Origin: Octopus sinensis
Lineage: Eukaryota
Assembly: GCF_006345805.1 (NCBI RefSeq)
Contig: NC_043006.1
Location: forward strand, 84,568,001 to 84,632,000
Reading direction: 5' to 3'
Length of the DNA stretch: 64,000 nucleotides
Shown here: positions 1 through 12,746 of the stretch, in pieces
Numbering within the stretch: position 1 is the stretch's first letter
Layout: each line of letters starts with the position of its first letter
Program-made: the position numbers and the translations under genes
Notes under the pieces: generated by a model
Databases searched by the model: none
Told to the model about the DNA's origin: nothing
Seen by the model: the letters and a program-made list of their open reading frames with translations, nothing else

Positions 1-65
1 TACCTTAGTTCACTGGAACAGCTGACACTGTAGTACCTCTCCAGCGTTAAAAACTGTGCAAAGGC

Positions 66-130
<65 letters not shown>
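66..130. repeat. (AAT)n microsatellite, 5' flank of R4/Dong relic
   Basis: Pure AAT array read directly. Confidence 0.97.
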
Positions 131-132
<2 letters not shown>

Positions 133-492
133 GATTGAAAAGTACAGACGACTAAAATACGAAATTGCAAGAATATGGACTATGAGGAGAGTGTCTATCA
201 GTCTAGTAGTTGTAGGGGCACTCGGGCCACTAACAACCAAGTTCGAGAAATATGTCAGAGAAATTGGAATTGACATGGGAGCAGAGCAAGCAAAAAAAAC
301 TATTTTGCTGGGGACAGCTAGGATTTTGAGATTGGTACATGGAGATTGAATGTCTCCCACGATAATTAACAACTAGGTATCAAAGCTTATAACGTGTGGA
401 TAGAGACCCCGTGAGACCTCCTACAGCCAGCTGCTGTCTGCTCTCACAGAATCTGGCAGAACAAACAAGAACGAAAGTTCTGAGAAGTAAAA
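131..492 (+). mobile_element. 5'-truncated R4/Dong-clade (restriction-like endonuclease) LINE: ORF C-terminus plus 3' UTR
   Basis: 131-349 translates KIEKYRRLKYEIARIWTMRRVSISLVVVGALGPLTTKFEKYVREIGIDMGAEQAKKTILLGTARILRLVHGD*, matching the recalled R4/Dong C-terminal pattern (KY..LK.EI.R.W...PVV.GALG...LLGTARILR). AAT arrays lie on both sides. Confidence 0.8.
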
Positions 493-514
493 CAATAATA
501 ATGATAATAATAAT

Positions 515-713
515 GATTTCAAATTTTGACACAAGGCAAAAAATTTAGGGGAGGGGATTACATCGACCCCAGTACTCAACTGGTACTTATTTTATCGACC
601 TCGGAAGGATGAAAGGCAGTCAGCCTCAGCGGCTTTTCAACCTAGAAGTGAAGACGTAAATTCTGCTAAGCATTTTGCGCTGCGTGTTAACGATTCTGCC
701 AGCTCGGCGCCTT
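515..713 (-). mobile_element. tRNA-derived SINE, family A (tail type 2)
   Basis: Reverse complement of head GGCGCCGAGCTGGCAGAATCGTTAAC and a diverged core; ends in an (ATT)n tail at 493-514. Confidence 0.8.
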
Positions 714-1484
714 AGCAATAATAACAACAAAACAACAAGAATAATAATAATAAACACGGGAAAATAAAACGAAGTAAAGCTTATATATGGTCATAAGACT
801 CACACAAATGCGTTAAACATGACTGACATTTTTATTTTATGTGTCAAAACTAACGTATTTACTGCTGATGTAAGACGTAAGGTGTCGTTGAAAAACATGG
901 CCGTCACACAACACAAACGCTTCTGTATTATTGTTGTTTAGAGAGATATATCATCAAAATATATGACTCCATCGGTACATGCAAAATACTGTTATCAGAA
1001 GATTACCATGTTTGCGTGTTTGCTTCTCTTTGCTTGTTTGTTTGTTTGCTTGTTTGTTTGTTTGTGTGTGTGAGTGTATGTGAATGTGTGTGCGGGTGTG
1101 TGAGAGAGATAGGGAGAGGGAGAGAGGGCGAGAGTGAGAGTGAGAGAAAGAAAGGGAGATCTTATAAAAGAAAGAAAAACAAATCAATACATAAGTAGAG
1201 TATATATTATTCATGAGTTTTACAGTTACATAACTCATCTCAAGGGTATATGTGTGTCTGTTTGTGTGGGCATGCGCATTTGTGTATGTCAGTGTGTGTG
1301 TGTGGGCGCGCGCGCGTGTGTGTATGTCAGTGTGTGTGTATACACAAATACATAAATATATGTATACAAAAACATACGTACGTATACATTTCTCTCTATC
1401 TATCTAGTTATACACACACATACACATGTATACAGATACACACCCACCCACTCACACCCCACATACACACAGATATATATATAG

Positions 1485-1623
<139 letters not shown>

Positions 1624-1822
1624 CACACACTTACGCGCATACACAAACACGCATAAATGTATGGATATATATTCTTGATCAGATGAGTTTCAAAGTCAAG
1701 TTTGGTAAGTCACGTGCACGAAACTTCCACTCTTTAAGCCACTTATAATTTGCTACCGATTAAAAAAAAATTATATATATACGTAGATGTGTGCGTGCGT
1801 GTGTTCGTATGCGTATGTATGT

Positions 1823-1882
<60 letters not shown>

Positions 1883-1899
1883 TATATATATATATATAA

Positions 1900-1947
<48 letters not shown>

Positions 1948-2504
1948 AAAGGAATGTTGTTTACAACATTCCAAGATGTAGCCAAACAATTATTCTTTTA
2001 GGTTCAGTCAAAGTGAAGAATCCTTGACACACCCACTAAACCATGACGCTAAACCACATACTGATTGGTCGAAACACGGTTAGAACTTAATTGGCACGCT
2101 CACCAAACCTTGACACCAAAGCAACATACCGAATGGTCAAATTACAGCTCATAAGATTCAAGGTGTTTAAAGAGAAAATCTAACCATTTTTACTACAGTT
2201 GTTAATTGTGGACCACAACTGTCACTTGCATGAACCGGATGATTGCGTAATGCATGAAAGTACGATTTGCAAATAATATAACGTGAAAATCAGACTTAGT
2301 TGGAATTTCATTGACTAATATGTGTGTGTGGCTGTGTGCGTTGTGATGAGAGTTACGACGCTTCTTGCGAGAGATAGACTGGTCCGAGTAAAATATAATT
2401 AATAACGATCCGAGTGAATTCAAAGTTTTAGTGTTTGGAGTCGAGTGACGTTCGTGTTAGTTCGCAGTGAAGTCGAAAAGTGTTGGTTGATTAATTAACA
2501 AGGA

Positions 2505-2740
2505 ATTCTTTTATTCTTTTATTTGTTTCAGTCATTTGACTGCGGCCATGCTGGAGCACCGCCTTTAATCGAACATATCGACCCCAGGATTTATTCTTTG
2601 TAAGCCTAGTACTTATTCTATCGGCCTCTTAGGCCGAACCGCTAAGTTACGGGGACGTAAACACACCAACATCGGTTGTCAAGCAATGGTAGACAACACA
2701 GGCACACAAACATATGCACATACACATATATATATACACG
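2505..2740 (-). mobile_element. SINE family B, 3' half
   Basis: TTTCAGTCATTTGACTGCGGCCATGCTGGAGCACCGCC...GCCGAACCGCTAAGTTACGGGGACG, shared with the full copies at 40464 and 41329. Confidence 0.85.
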
Positions 2741-2911
2741 GTCATTTCTTCTATACTATGTCATTGTATGAAAAAAATTTATAACATTCTTCAGACATAT
2801 TGACTCAAATATATATTTTTTAACCTTTTAAAACAAGCCTTCTGTAGTTTTTTTCACTTTTTACTATTTTCTATATAATCAACCACATGCTTTCACATAC
2901 CAACTTTCTTA

Positions 2912-2957
<46 letters not shown>

Positions 2958-3019
2958 TATATATATATATATTATATATATATATATATATTTGTGTTGT
3001 GTGTCTGTGTGTATATATC

Positions 3020-3118
3020 TGAAAGAAGATTTGAAAATGCAATTTTAATGATGTTTATTCACGTTTATTCACAAAGTGAATAAACATCTTTAAAATTGCA
3101 TTTTCAAACCTTCTTTCA
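3020..3118. repeat. Near-perfect 43-bp inverted repeat (hairpin)
   Basis: 3020-3062 versus the reverse complement of 3076-3118: 2 mismatches, 13-nt spacer. Confidence 0.9.
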
Positions 3119-3935
3119 TATATATTTCCACTCGTGCAGTATCTTACAACTTCACTTTGTTATATATATGTAATATTATTTAAAAAATGGTGAGATTTAA
3201 TGGACAGAAATTGATTTATTAACATTTCAAAAAATATTCATATATTAATTTATATCTATTAATTCTCTCCATTTTCTTACTTGATAGTACTTGACATCTA
3301 TAAAATACCTATTTTTATACTGAGGAGATATTTCTCAACAATATATATTGTTATATATACTCAACCAGTGTAACTTGGATGAACCCATCCCTATAAGAGG
3401 TTTATATATCCTCGTAGTGACTATATACATACATACATACATACACACACACATATAGATATAAATTCTAGGTATTATTCTATTATCAATTCGCATAAGG
3501 TAAGAATTGCATTCTCTAACACTAGAAATCTATCGCAAATTATTGCTTCCCATAATAACAAGCTGCTAAACAAAGATTCTTCACCTGGGAGTTCCAACAC
3601 TATTCTTAACAATTCCAACCAAAAATACAATAATAAAAATAGAAATAGTATTGATAGTACCAACATTCGTAGCAACATTAGTGTTAGCAATGATAATATT
3701 AATAATAGAATTAGTCGGGTTAATAACAGTGGTAGTGTTGATGGCAACAACAGCAACAACATTTCTATTGTCAGTGATAATGCCGGTTATAGTACAATTA
3801 ATAATAATAACAATAAAAAATAGTCTAGTAGTTAATGCTAGCAATAATATAAACAGTAATCATAACAATAAAAACTCCGTCTTGATCTCGGAGAAATACC
3901 CTAACAGATTAGAGTTCTTGTCCAGTAATTCCAAA

Positions 3936-4295
3936 ATGAAAAATTCCATTTACCAGTGTAAAATTTCTTACGGTACCGATGTCTTCTTTTATATTGGTGC
4001 GACAACTTCTCCATTGTCCCAGAGAATTTCCAACCATTATTCAACTTTCCGAGATAAGAGAAAACAACACAGTACAGGACTAAGTAAATTAGTTTGGCGT
4101 CTTAAGGACAACAATATAACTTTCAAGCTGGATTGGTCCATATTATTCTGTATCCTTTCCTTTTGATAAGGGCAGGAAATATTGTTGCATCTGTAATTCT
4201 GAACTCTTCTATATCCTTTTCGCCAAATTCCCCTTGGTAAACACAATAATAGAAAAGTCCTATAGATGTAAACATTGGCAAAAACACACCTTCCA
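3936..4295 (+). pseudogene. Penelope-like element GIY-YIG endonuclease C-terminal relic (frameshifted)
   Basis: NSIYQCKISYGTDVFFYIGATT...RISNHYSTFR...STGLSKLVWRLKDNNITFKLDWSIL, then in a shifted frame CCICNSELFYIL...RCKHWQKH. Fits the recalled PLE endonuclease pattern (IY..YIG, NH.S.F, T.LSK.IW.LK, C.LC..E, CRH). Confidence 0.8.
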
Positions 4296-4831
4296 CTCAT
4301 ATAAATAATAAATAATATAGATAACCTCTTTGGTTTTAATAATTACTTTCACGTCTACACCACTACCGTAGACAAATGCTTCCTCTCTATTCTGTTGCAT
4401 CAAACATTAAATATAGTTGGCGTATGTTTATCTCTTTCTCTCTACCTCCCCCCTCTCTCTCTCTCTACCATGCGCAGAATCAAACACACAGACACAAATT
4501 TCTCACATTAATACTATATATATTTGACAATTGTCCCTCCCACACATACATTTGCAAACACACACACACAGACACAGATGCAGTTATATACACACACTCA
4601 TACACACACTCAAACACTCAAACTCATTAACAAAACACACCCGTCAATCCCCATACATACAGCATACATACTGTCCCCTTCCTATTTTTTATAACTTTCT
4701 CCTTCCATCCAATTTTGACGTCATTGCTTATAACGGGTTATTTTAAATAAATACTCATTATCACTGTGGAAACCATGTAGGCAGACGGTAAGAAGCTTTT
4801 GTTCGTCTTGAGGCTGATAGAGGTTCCTTGT

Positions 4832-4913
4832 ATTTCCTGATGAGAAGACGGCATAATGCAACCTTCATTCCTTCGAAATTAAGAGTATGCAGTCTTCGAA
4901 ACATATGTCTAAA
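4832..4913 (+). ncRNA. Type-I hammerhead ribozyme motif (PLE pseudo-LTR associated)
   Basis: CTGATGA 4837-4843; helix II GAAGAC/GTCTTC plus GCATA/TATGC; GAA 4898-4900; palindrome ACATATGT 4901-4908; C4909 gives a GUC site. Helix I is weak because the first pair is a C/T mismatch. Confidence 0.7.
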
Positions 4914-5481
4914 GTAAAGGAATTTTGTTAAAATCTTCGTTCGACTCCATTCTTTTCATTTATTCATATATATATATTAACAGTAATGGTATGCCAGCGT
5001 CCCCAAAGTCCATCCCTCCTCACCGTGGTGGGGAGCTGGCAACGGGTAGTGTCAGAGCTATGCCGTCGGGAACTTCGGTTCCTGGTAGGGCCACCCAAGG
5101 CGGATTGGTCTGACACCGAGTGGTATTAGGGCCACAACCCGGCAGACGGGGCTCTGGTGAAAATCCTCGAAGTGTCTGTTTCGGCAACCGGCGACTCCTC
5201 GGACAATCTGCTGCAAACAGGATGTCCCTACATGCGGGATTGTTGGGGACCGCTTGTGAAATTCATATTCCCACGAAACTTCTTCCACTGCCATGGTTCG
5301 AGATGCCTCGATGGTGGTAGAAGAAGCCGACTCAACGCGCCCAGGGTGACTGTCGCCACAAGTACATGTAAGTATGACAGCAAAAGAACGAATGAGACCT
5401 CGATATTATGTAAATAGAGGAATTTATCTGTAATATAAAATGTGACAATTATTCGGTTGCATTTTTTGATTGTCTTAATAA

Positions 5482-5535
5482 CTGACGAGATGCCGAAGCA
5501 GATTTCCGCCCCGACATCCGAAACTCGGAAGGTGA
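5482..5535 (+). ncRNA. Degenerate hammerhead-like motif
   Basis: CTGACGA-GATGCCG...CGACATCC-GAAAC is present, but helices I and III are not recoverable. Confidence 0.35.
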
Positions 5536-5631
5536 GAATGAATGGAAGGCCAAGAAATGTGAAAGAGAGGGAGCGAAAGAAAGAAGAGTGGAAAGAACGA
5601 AGTAAGTGTGAAGGGGCTGCCTTTAAGCCCT

Positions 5632-6096
5632 TCATTGTTTAACACACGTTGGGAGTGTTTCAACACAGAGAAAAATAACTACGCGGACTACATCACATAT
5701 GCTGGTAGAGTAAACAGGGAATTCGAGAAGTTCAAGCTGGACTAATTAACGCCAGATATATTGAAATGCCTGTTTTTTTTACAAAGAGACTTACTACCGG
5801 AAAGGACGCAAAAGTTAGAACTAGAATTCTTGCAAAGCTGGAACAAAACCAGGATGTCAGAAGAATGTGAAAGTATAGTCAAATTAAGACACAACATAGA
5901 GGAAATTGAACGTAAAGATTGTTTCCAAGTAATGTAAGTGCGAAATAGAATAGAGATAAAGTGCTTTCTATAAAAAACACGACTAAAATCAGGAATCAGG
6001 AAATGTGGGGGTATACACCTGAAGAAAAATTGTCCATTTAAAAAAGTGGAATGGTGCTTTCGTTGTGGTAATATAAGACATGTAATGACACACTGT
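5632..6096 (+). pseudogene. Ty3/gypsy gag relic (K02A2.6-like) with zinc knuckle
   Basis: SLFNTRWECFN...DYITYAGRVNREFEKFKL, LTPDILKCLFF, KVRTRILAKLEQ, then CGGIHLKKNCPFK and a perfect CX2CX4HX4C (CFRCGNIRHVMTHC, 6055-6096). Contains stops and frameshifts. Confidence 0.78.
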
Positions 6097-6506
6097 AGAA
6101 CGAAGATGACAAAACATCAGAACAAAGGAAAAAGAATAAACAGTTTGTCATCGGAAGAAATTGGTAATATGAGGATGAGGAAATTCATGAAGGTGAAAAT
6201 CAGAAATACAAGTGTTAAAATGCAAAAAATATTAAAATGTTCGAAAAAAAAACCCTCAAAAAGTGAGGTAGAGTGAATAAAAAAAGTTATTGCTAAATAA
6301 AATAACATTTCCTTAGAAAAACTTAAAAGGGGAGATGCTGTAGGGAATTAGTAATAATGGTACACCCGTCTCACGTTACGAATGGAATAACATAGTCACT
6401 ATAAGTAAAGAGAAGTACGTGAAGTACGAGAGTACGTAGTAGGTGGTCAGAGATAGTCGTGTCTTTATGGTTTTACTAAGTATACACACACAGACACACA
6501 CACACC

Positions 6507-7116
<610 letters not shown>

Positions 7117-7127
7117 CATACACATAG

Positions 7128-7351
7128 GGCGGCGAGCTGGCAGAATCGTTAGCACGCCGGGTGAAATGCTTAGCCGTATTTCGTCTGTCGTTACGTTCCG
7201 AGTTCAAATTCCGCCGAGGTCGACTTTCATCCTTTCGGGGTCGATAAATTAAGTACCAGTTACGTACTGGGGGCGATGTAATCGACTTAATCCCTTTGTC
7301 TGCCCTTGTTTGTCCCCTCTGTATTTAGCCCCTTGTGGGTAGTAAAGAAAA
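7128..7351 (+). mobile_element. SINE family A, full length (tail type 1)
   Basis: GGCGGCGAGCTGGCAGAATCG (A-box-like), GAGTTCAAATTCC (B-box-like), core GAGGTCGACTTTCATCCTTTCGGGGTCGATAAA, tail GCCCCTTGTGGGTAGTAAAGAAA. Confidence 0.9.
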
Positions 7352-7798
7352 TATATATATATATATATACATATATCCATATACACACACACATACACAC
7401 ACATATACGACGCTCGAACCCACGTGTGCGAATGTGCACAACTATATTTGAACTACAGTTGTTAGAGGAAACACTAGTAATCGTTCTGTATCACTGAACT
7501 CTGTGTTCAAACCCTGCTGGCATCAACTTTGCCTTTCATCCTCTGGAGTTGATACACTAATGTACCAGTCCAAGACATGGCATTGGCAGAATTGTTAGAA
7601 CATTTCACAATATACTTTGCAGTATTCTTACAGTTTTTTTTAAAAATGTTCTAGCAGTTGTAGCAGACTTGTCGACGTATCTAATCAACATAATGGTTTC
7701 TTACAAAACAGAAATGACGGGGCACACGATGGAAGAAAACACAAAACCACATTTCTAATCATTCAAAAAAATTTTCTGCGTACCGTGTTCTCTTCTGT

Positions 7799-7995
7799 GA
7801 GGATCCGACTAGGATGACGACTAGTGTTGGTCGACCACATGCCACATGGTCACGGCGGATGAGGAGGAACTCTCACGGAGTTGGAGACTGAGTGAGACAC
7901 TGCTCAGAGGCTGGCGCCGGGGCGACCCAAGCAAATACTGCGAAATGGTGGATGCAGAAACGCACTGCAACGGCGCATGTCCCGACAACTGGCCT
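7799..7995 (+). mobile_element. RTE-clade LINE 3' end relic
   Basis: EDPT...GRPHATWSRRM and, in another frame, VDAETHCNGACP, resembling recalled RTE C-termini (GRPRATWLRQM; VDAATRCSGACP). Confidence 0.55.
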
Positions 7996-8134
7996 TACCA
8001 TATATAGCGTTTGTCAAAGAAATCGCTAAGCGTCGTTTGTGATTTGGAGGTACAATAAGAAAAGAGTGTCATTTGAAGTGTGAGTTAGCCGTTGGTTGCA
8101 TCAGGTTAAGCGGTTGCATGAAAACACTCAGGTT

Positions 8135-8480
8135 TTGGTGTGGGAGTAAGAAGCTCGTGTTGCAGTTAAGTGGTTTCAAGTTCGATCCCACTGTGCGGTA
8201 TTGGGATAAGTGTCTTCTACTCTAACTTCAAGCCGACAAGTGCCTTGTGAGTAAATTTGGTAAGTAGAAACAGTGAGGAAGCCTATTGTGTGTGCGGGTG
8301 ATTGTGTCTGTGTTTCTGACATCCAATTGTCTGTCAACCGGTGTTGGTTTGCTTATGTTCATGTAAACGTACTAGGCTTAAAAATAAGTACTGTGGTCGA
8401 TGTGTCTGACTTAAACTTTTCAAGGTGATGCTCCAGCTTGACCGCAGTCCAGTGACTGAAGCAAATAAAAGATAAAAGAT
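8135..8480 (+). mobile_element. SINE family B, old diverged copy
   Basis: GTTCGATCCCACTG head, AAGTGTCTTCTACT, CCTTGTGAGT, and an (AAAAGAT) tail. Confidence 0.7.
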
Positions 8481-8708
8481 AACTAGGACCCTGGTGGTAT
8501 CGGTGACCGTCGGGCGTTGGCAGTTCGTGAGTACAACTCAAAACTGGAATGAACTGGTTTGCTGGAAGGAGGAGAACATGTGCAATGTTTTGGACAGAAA
8601 CCTACCATTGGAAGCAATCGGTCCATTCGATACTAAAAAGATAAATAAATAAAACACACGCAAAAAAACATTCCCGATGAACGCTACTTCCCGAAACGAT
8701 AGATATAT

Positions 8709-8742
<34 letters not shown>

Positions 8743-8903
8743 ATGAAAAACCCAATAAATTACACTTTCGAACTGTTTACTCTTACTTATCACAACAGTG
8801 GCCATCTTGTTTCAAAACTAGCGAAGATGAACACAAGCTGAATAAATGAATATATAAATGCAATCGTGAATCAAAAACAACCCCCACACACATGCATATA
8901 CAC

Positions 8904-8939
<36 letters not shown>

Positions 8940-9028
8940 CATATATCAGCTGTGATGTATGGAATATATATATATATACTTATATATAAATATATACATA
9001 TATATATACATATATATATACATACATA

Positions 9029-9084
<56 letters not shown>

Positions 9085-9085
9085 A

Positions 9086-9119
<34 letters not shown>

Positions 9120-10377
9120 CATGTGTATATGTATATAGGAGAGGAAAAATTATAAGCAGAATGCTAAATTTTTCCTCTCCTATCATTTCTCCACGTGCGG
9201 TCAACACAACCCCATTTACTGATTTATATATATATATATTCAATCGGATCTAATTAGGTATTTTAAGAGCATCCTCAAAAAAACAAATAAATGACTATTT
9301 TAAAATAAAATCAAATAAAGCATAAAATAATAAAAAGAGAATGATGGACATATACATGGTGTTAATGATCGTTTAAACATCTGGCGGACACTAAACGGTT
9401 ACCTATCGCGGAGAAATTGCAGATGCAGGCAGCTGATGACGTACGTTCGTGGCCAGTTACTCTTCAATTTAGGAGATCAAAATATTAGTTCTAATATAAG
9501 AAAACATTTAGCGTAGCTGTGTAAAAAGAAAACAGTTGCTGCTTTTGTTGTTGTTGTTGTTGTTTATATTATATAAAAGACCAGATCTAGCTTCAATGAC
9601 GTTCCAGGCATGACCAATCCGTCTTTGCGTTCTTTGTATTTTTTGCGTTTCATCGTGGGTTATTTAACGCGTTCTTCGTTTTGTAAAACGGTCGCGTGTG
9701 ATTTAAAGTAGATTTGGCTGCCATTTCTAGAAATTCATTTACTGATTAATCTTAATACTCATTTGAAAAGAGACTACACATTCCGGGGTCACTGAAACTC
9801 CTTTGATATTTTGACCACGACCACCCAGACTTATTTTCAGACATAGTCTATCCAAGACTGCATTTTCTAATGTCTTTACTTGTTTAAGATAGTATAATGT
9901 GATTTAATGAAGATTTGGTTGTTATTTCTAGCAAATCGAGGAATCATGTAGAAGCCTTTCCCATTACCTCATAGGTTTTAGTCTCAAGTGGAAGAAAACA
10001 AAAGTGCATAGTGGAAATACATTGCGTTCTTCAAATTTTAGCTTTAAATCTAATAATTACATTACAAGGACGCTTGATATATTTTCTCTATACAATAGAT
10101 TGTAGTTAATTAAACCGTGTGTTTAATTAGATTAATTAATCGGAGGAGCTATTTGTTTGTGTTACAACTTAAGGCAAATAAAACAAAAGATTGAACACAG
10201 ACTGTTTTAAATGTGATTATTTACTGACAGTTTTGGCTTACAGCATGAAGAGTACATTTGAGCAAATGCGATGTCTTTTTTTCATTGCATATTCAATATC
10301 TTTTGCATATTCGATACATACACACACACATACATACACACACACATACATACACACACATAAATATATATGTATAT

Positions 10378-10540
10378 ATGGGGTACTGTAAAGTTCCTAG
10401 CGTTAAGGGTATCGCAAATGGCCTGGTTGGAGGCCCAAACATCCGAGTTCTTTTACAGGGCTTAGAAAAACAGGACAGCTGCAATAAGTGTGTGAATCTG
10501 AGAGGGAAATATGTTGAATAAAATCATAATTTACTGATCC
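10378..10540 (+). mobile_element. Mariner-derived MITE, right end missing
   Basis: Homologous to 32518-32730 and 63783-63996; encodes LLQGLEK..DSCNKCVNLRGKYVE*, which resembles a mariner transposase C-terminus. Confidence 0.75.
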
Positions 10541-10561
10541 TTTGTGTGTGTGTGTGTGTAT

Positions 10562-10720
10562 GAAGGTGCGTAGCGTAGTGGATTGAGTATTGCTCGCAAG
10601 ATCGTGGTTTCGATCCCGGACCAGGACGTGCGTTGTGTTCTTGAGCGAAACATTTCACGTTTCCCCAGTCCGCTGTTGTAAACGTGTAGTCCTGCAAAGG
10701 ACTGGCTTTTTGTTTAAGGG
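10562..10720 (+). mobile_element. SINE family E (tRNA head plus GCGTTGTGTTCTTGAGC core); related copies at about 33470-33610, 39162-39410 and 54003-54228
   Basis: Head GGTTTCGATCCCGG followed by GCGTTGTGTTCTTGAGCGAAACATTTCACG, shared with 33725. Confidence 0.7.
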
Positions 10721-11234
10721 AATTGGAGTGATCGTGGTCATTTATACAAGCTATCAGTGTGTGTGTATGTGTGTATAAAATCGATAGTTATTATTCGTTA
10801 TAAAATACAAATCGTATAACTGAACTACATTGTCATATCTTCAGAAATGCACTATACATATATGTGAGTGTGCGTGCGCGTGTGTGTGTATGTATCACAC
10901 ACACACACACAACACACACACACACACACACAATGTAAACAAGATTCACTTGAATGAAGTACTTAAAGTTAAGGCATCTAGTTAGGTTGGAATTTAAAAA
11001 ATGCACACACATTCTGCGACTGAACTAGTGGCAGAATCATTGAATATGTATGTTGCCGTGGATTTTAAATTATTTCAAATTATTTTAAATGTCCTTGATT
11101 GTGAAGTTCATGTATTCATCTGAGAAAACGGTTTTTTTTATAATGATATAATGTATTCAATGATCAATTAAAAAATCCGTTAGAAACGGCTGTAATGAAT
11201 TGACACTAATCCTTCAATTGTTATATATATATAT

Positions 11235-11785
11235 TAAGATATATAGGATAGCGAATATTCTTAGAAATTTCGCCACCAGTGGCATAGCATGAATAAAAAG
11301 TCAGTAGACAACATATTCTCAATATAAAATAGTGTACATTTAAACACAAGAGAAAACTACCTTTAACAGGTAATTTGTACACGCTAGAAGCAGTCAAAAC
11401 GACCAAAACCACATTTAAGAGCAATTTTCGAAGGGAAAGAAAAATAAAAATTTTTACCTTGTTATTTTTTGCAGTTATACCTAGGTTTCAGATTTCTTTA
11501 GCAAATAAAATAATTTGCTAGGCGAATCCTCATCAGTAACCGTTCCTTAACAACGAACATATAACTTAAACACAAATAACACGTGACTCATCATTATATG
11601 TTATGATTTTTCAAAATATACCGCGCAAGCGCAGTTTCAGTCGGCAGTAAATGGATAATGCCGAACCGATCTTCGAAATGCTAAAATCATACTCGTAAGA
11701 TATATAGGGTGACGAATATTCTTAGAAATTTCCCTGCTAGTAGCCTAGCATGTATAAAAAGTCAATAGACAACATATTCTCAATA
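11235..11785 (-). mobile_element. 461-bp unit with 90-bp terminal direct repeats and an internal hammerhead (PLE pseudo-LTR or retrozyme-like)
   Basis: 11235-11324 versus 11696-11785: 11 mismatches in 90, no indel. (TA)n lies on both flanks. Confidence 0.7.
11472..11542 (-). ncRNA. Type-I hammerhead ribozyme, catalytic core intact
   Basis: Minus strand reads CGGTTA-CTGATGA-GGATTC-GCC-TAGCAAAT-TATTTT-ATTTGCTA-AA-GAAATCT-GAA-ACCTAGGT-A-TAACTG: 6-bp helix I, extended helix II, palindromic helix III and a GUA site. Confidence 0.8.
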
Positions 11786-11806
11786 CATAACATATATATA
11801 TTATAT

Positions 11807-11842
<36 letters not shown>

Positions 11843-11908
11843 CAAACATATATACCCACTCATGTACATGCAAACACATAATCGCGCGTGTTCACACCAC
11901 ACACACAT

Positions 11909-11958
<50 letters not shown>

Positions 11959-12665
11959 CACACACATGTATCATAAAGATCATAATATATATATATAAAT
12001 TGCCATTTGGTGGAATGACTTATGTGGTGATAGTATAGATAGAAAGCAAGAAAAATTTAAAACAGGCGCAGAAGTTATTCCCGATAAACTAACGTAGAAA
12101 GAGAGGCGAGGAGGAAGAACAGAGGAAGTGAAAGAGCGATAAAGAGAGAAAGACCAGGAGAGAAAGAGAGGGAGAGAGAGAGAATGGAATGCGAGAGGGA
12201 TGAGAAAGGAGGACTGGAAAATACCGTTACCAAGGGAAAGAATACTAACTCCAACCTGCTGCAGTTTGCAGTTAGACTATTATTTTCAAGTTATTGGCAT
12301 ATAACATGTAACTTTCTATAATGAATAATTTATTGGGCCGTCAAAGAATATGAGGTGTGCGTGCGTGCGCGTGTGTGTGTGGTGTATGGGGGATGTAACG
12401 CTAGTGATCTTTGTAGGAGGTCATCCAAGTCTGATGAGATCAGAGATCGATATGGTGTTGATGATTTCATGATATGGTGTTTGAACATCTATCGGTCATC
12501 GTCTGAACGAGGCGAAATATGATGAACATTAACAAGAAACGACGCCACAAAAGCTCTAACCTGCTAGAAATATCAGCCAACACCCTTTATTATATCCTAC
12601 CGTGTTAGCATGTCGAAGAAGAACATTACATACATACATACATACATACATGCATACATACATAC

Positions 12666-12746
<81 letters not shown>

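Noticed and set aside
3318-3375. CTGAGGA followed by a palindromic stem, possible hammerhead
   Set aside because: The GAAA half of the core and helix I are absent.
12431-12470. CTGATGA-GATC-AGA-GATC-GATA
   Set aside because: GAAA is broken and there are no helix I or III partners; likely chance.
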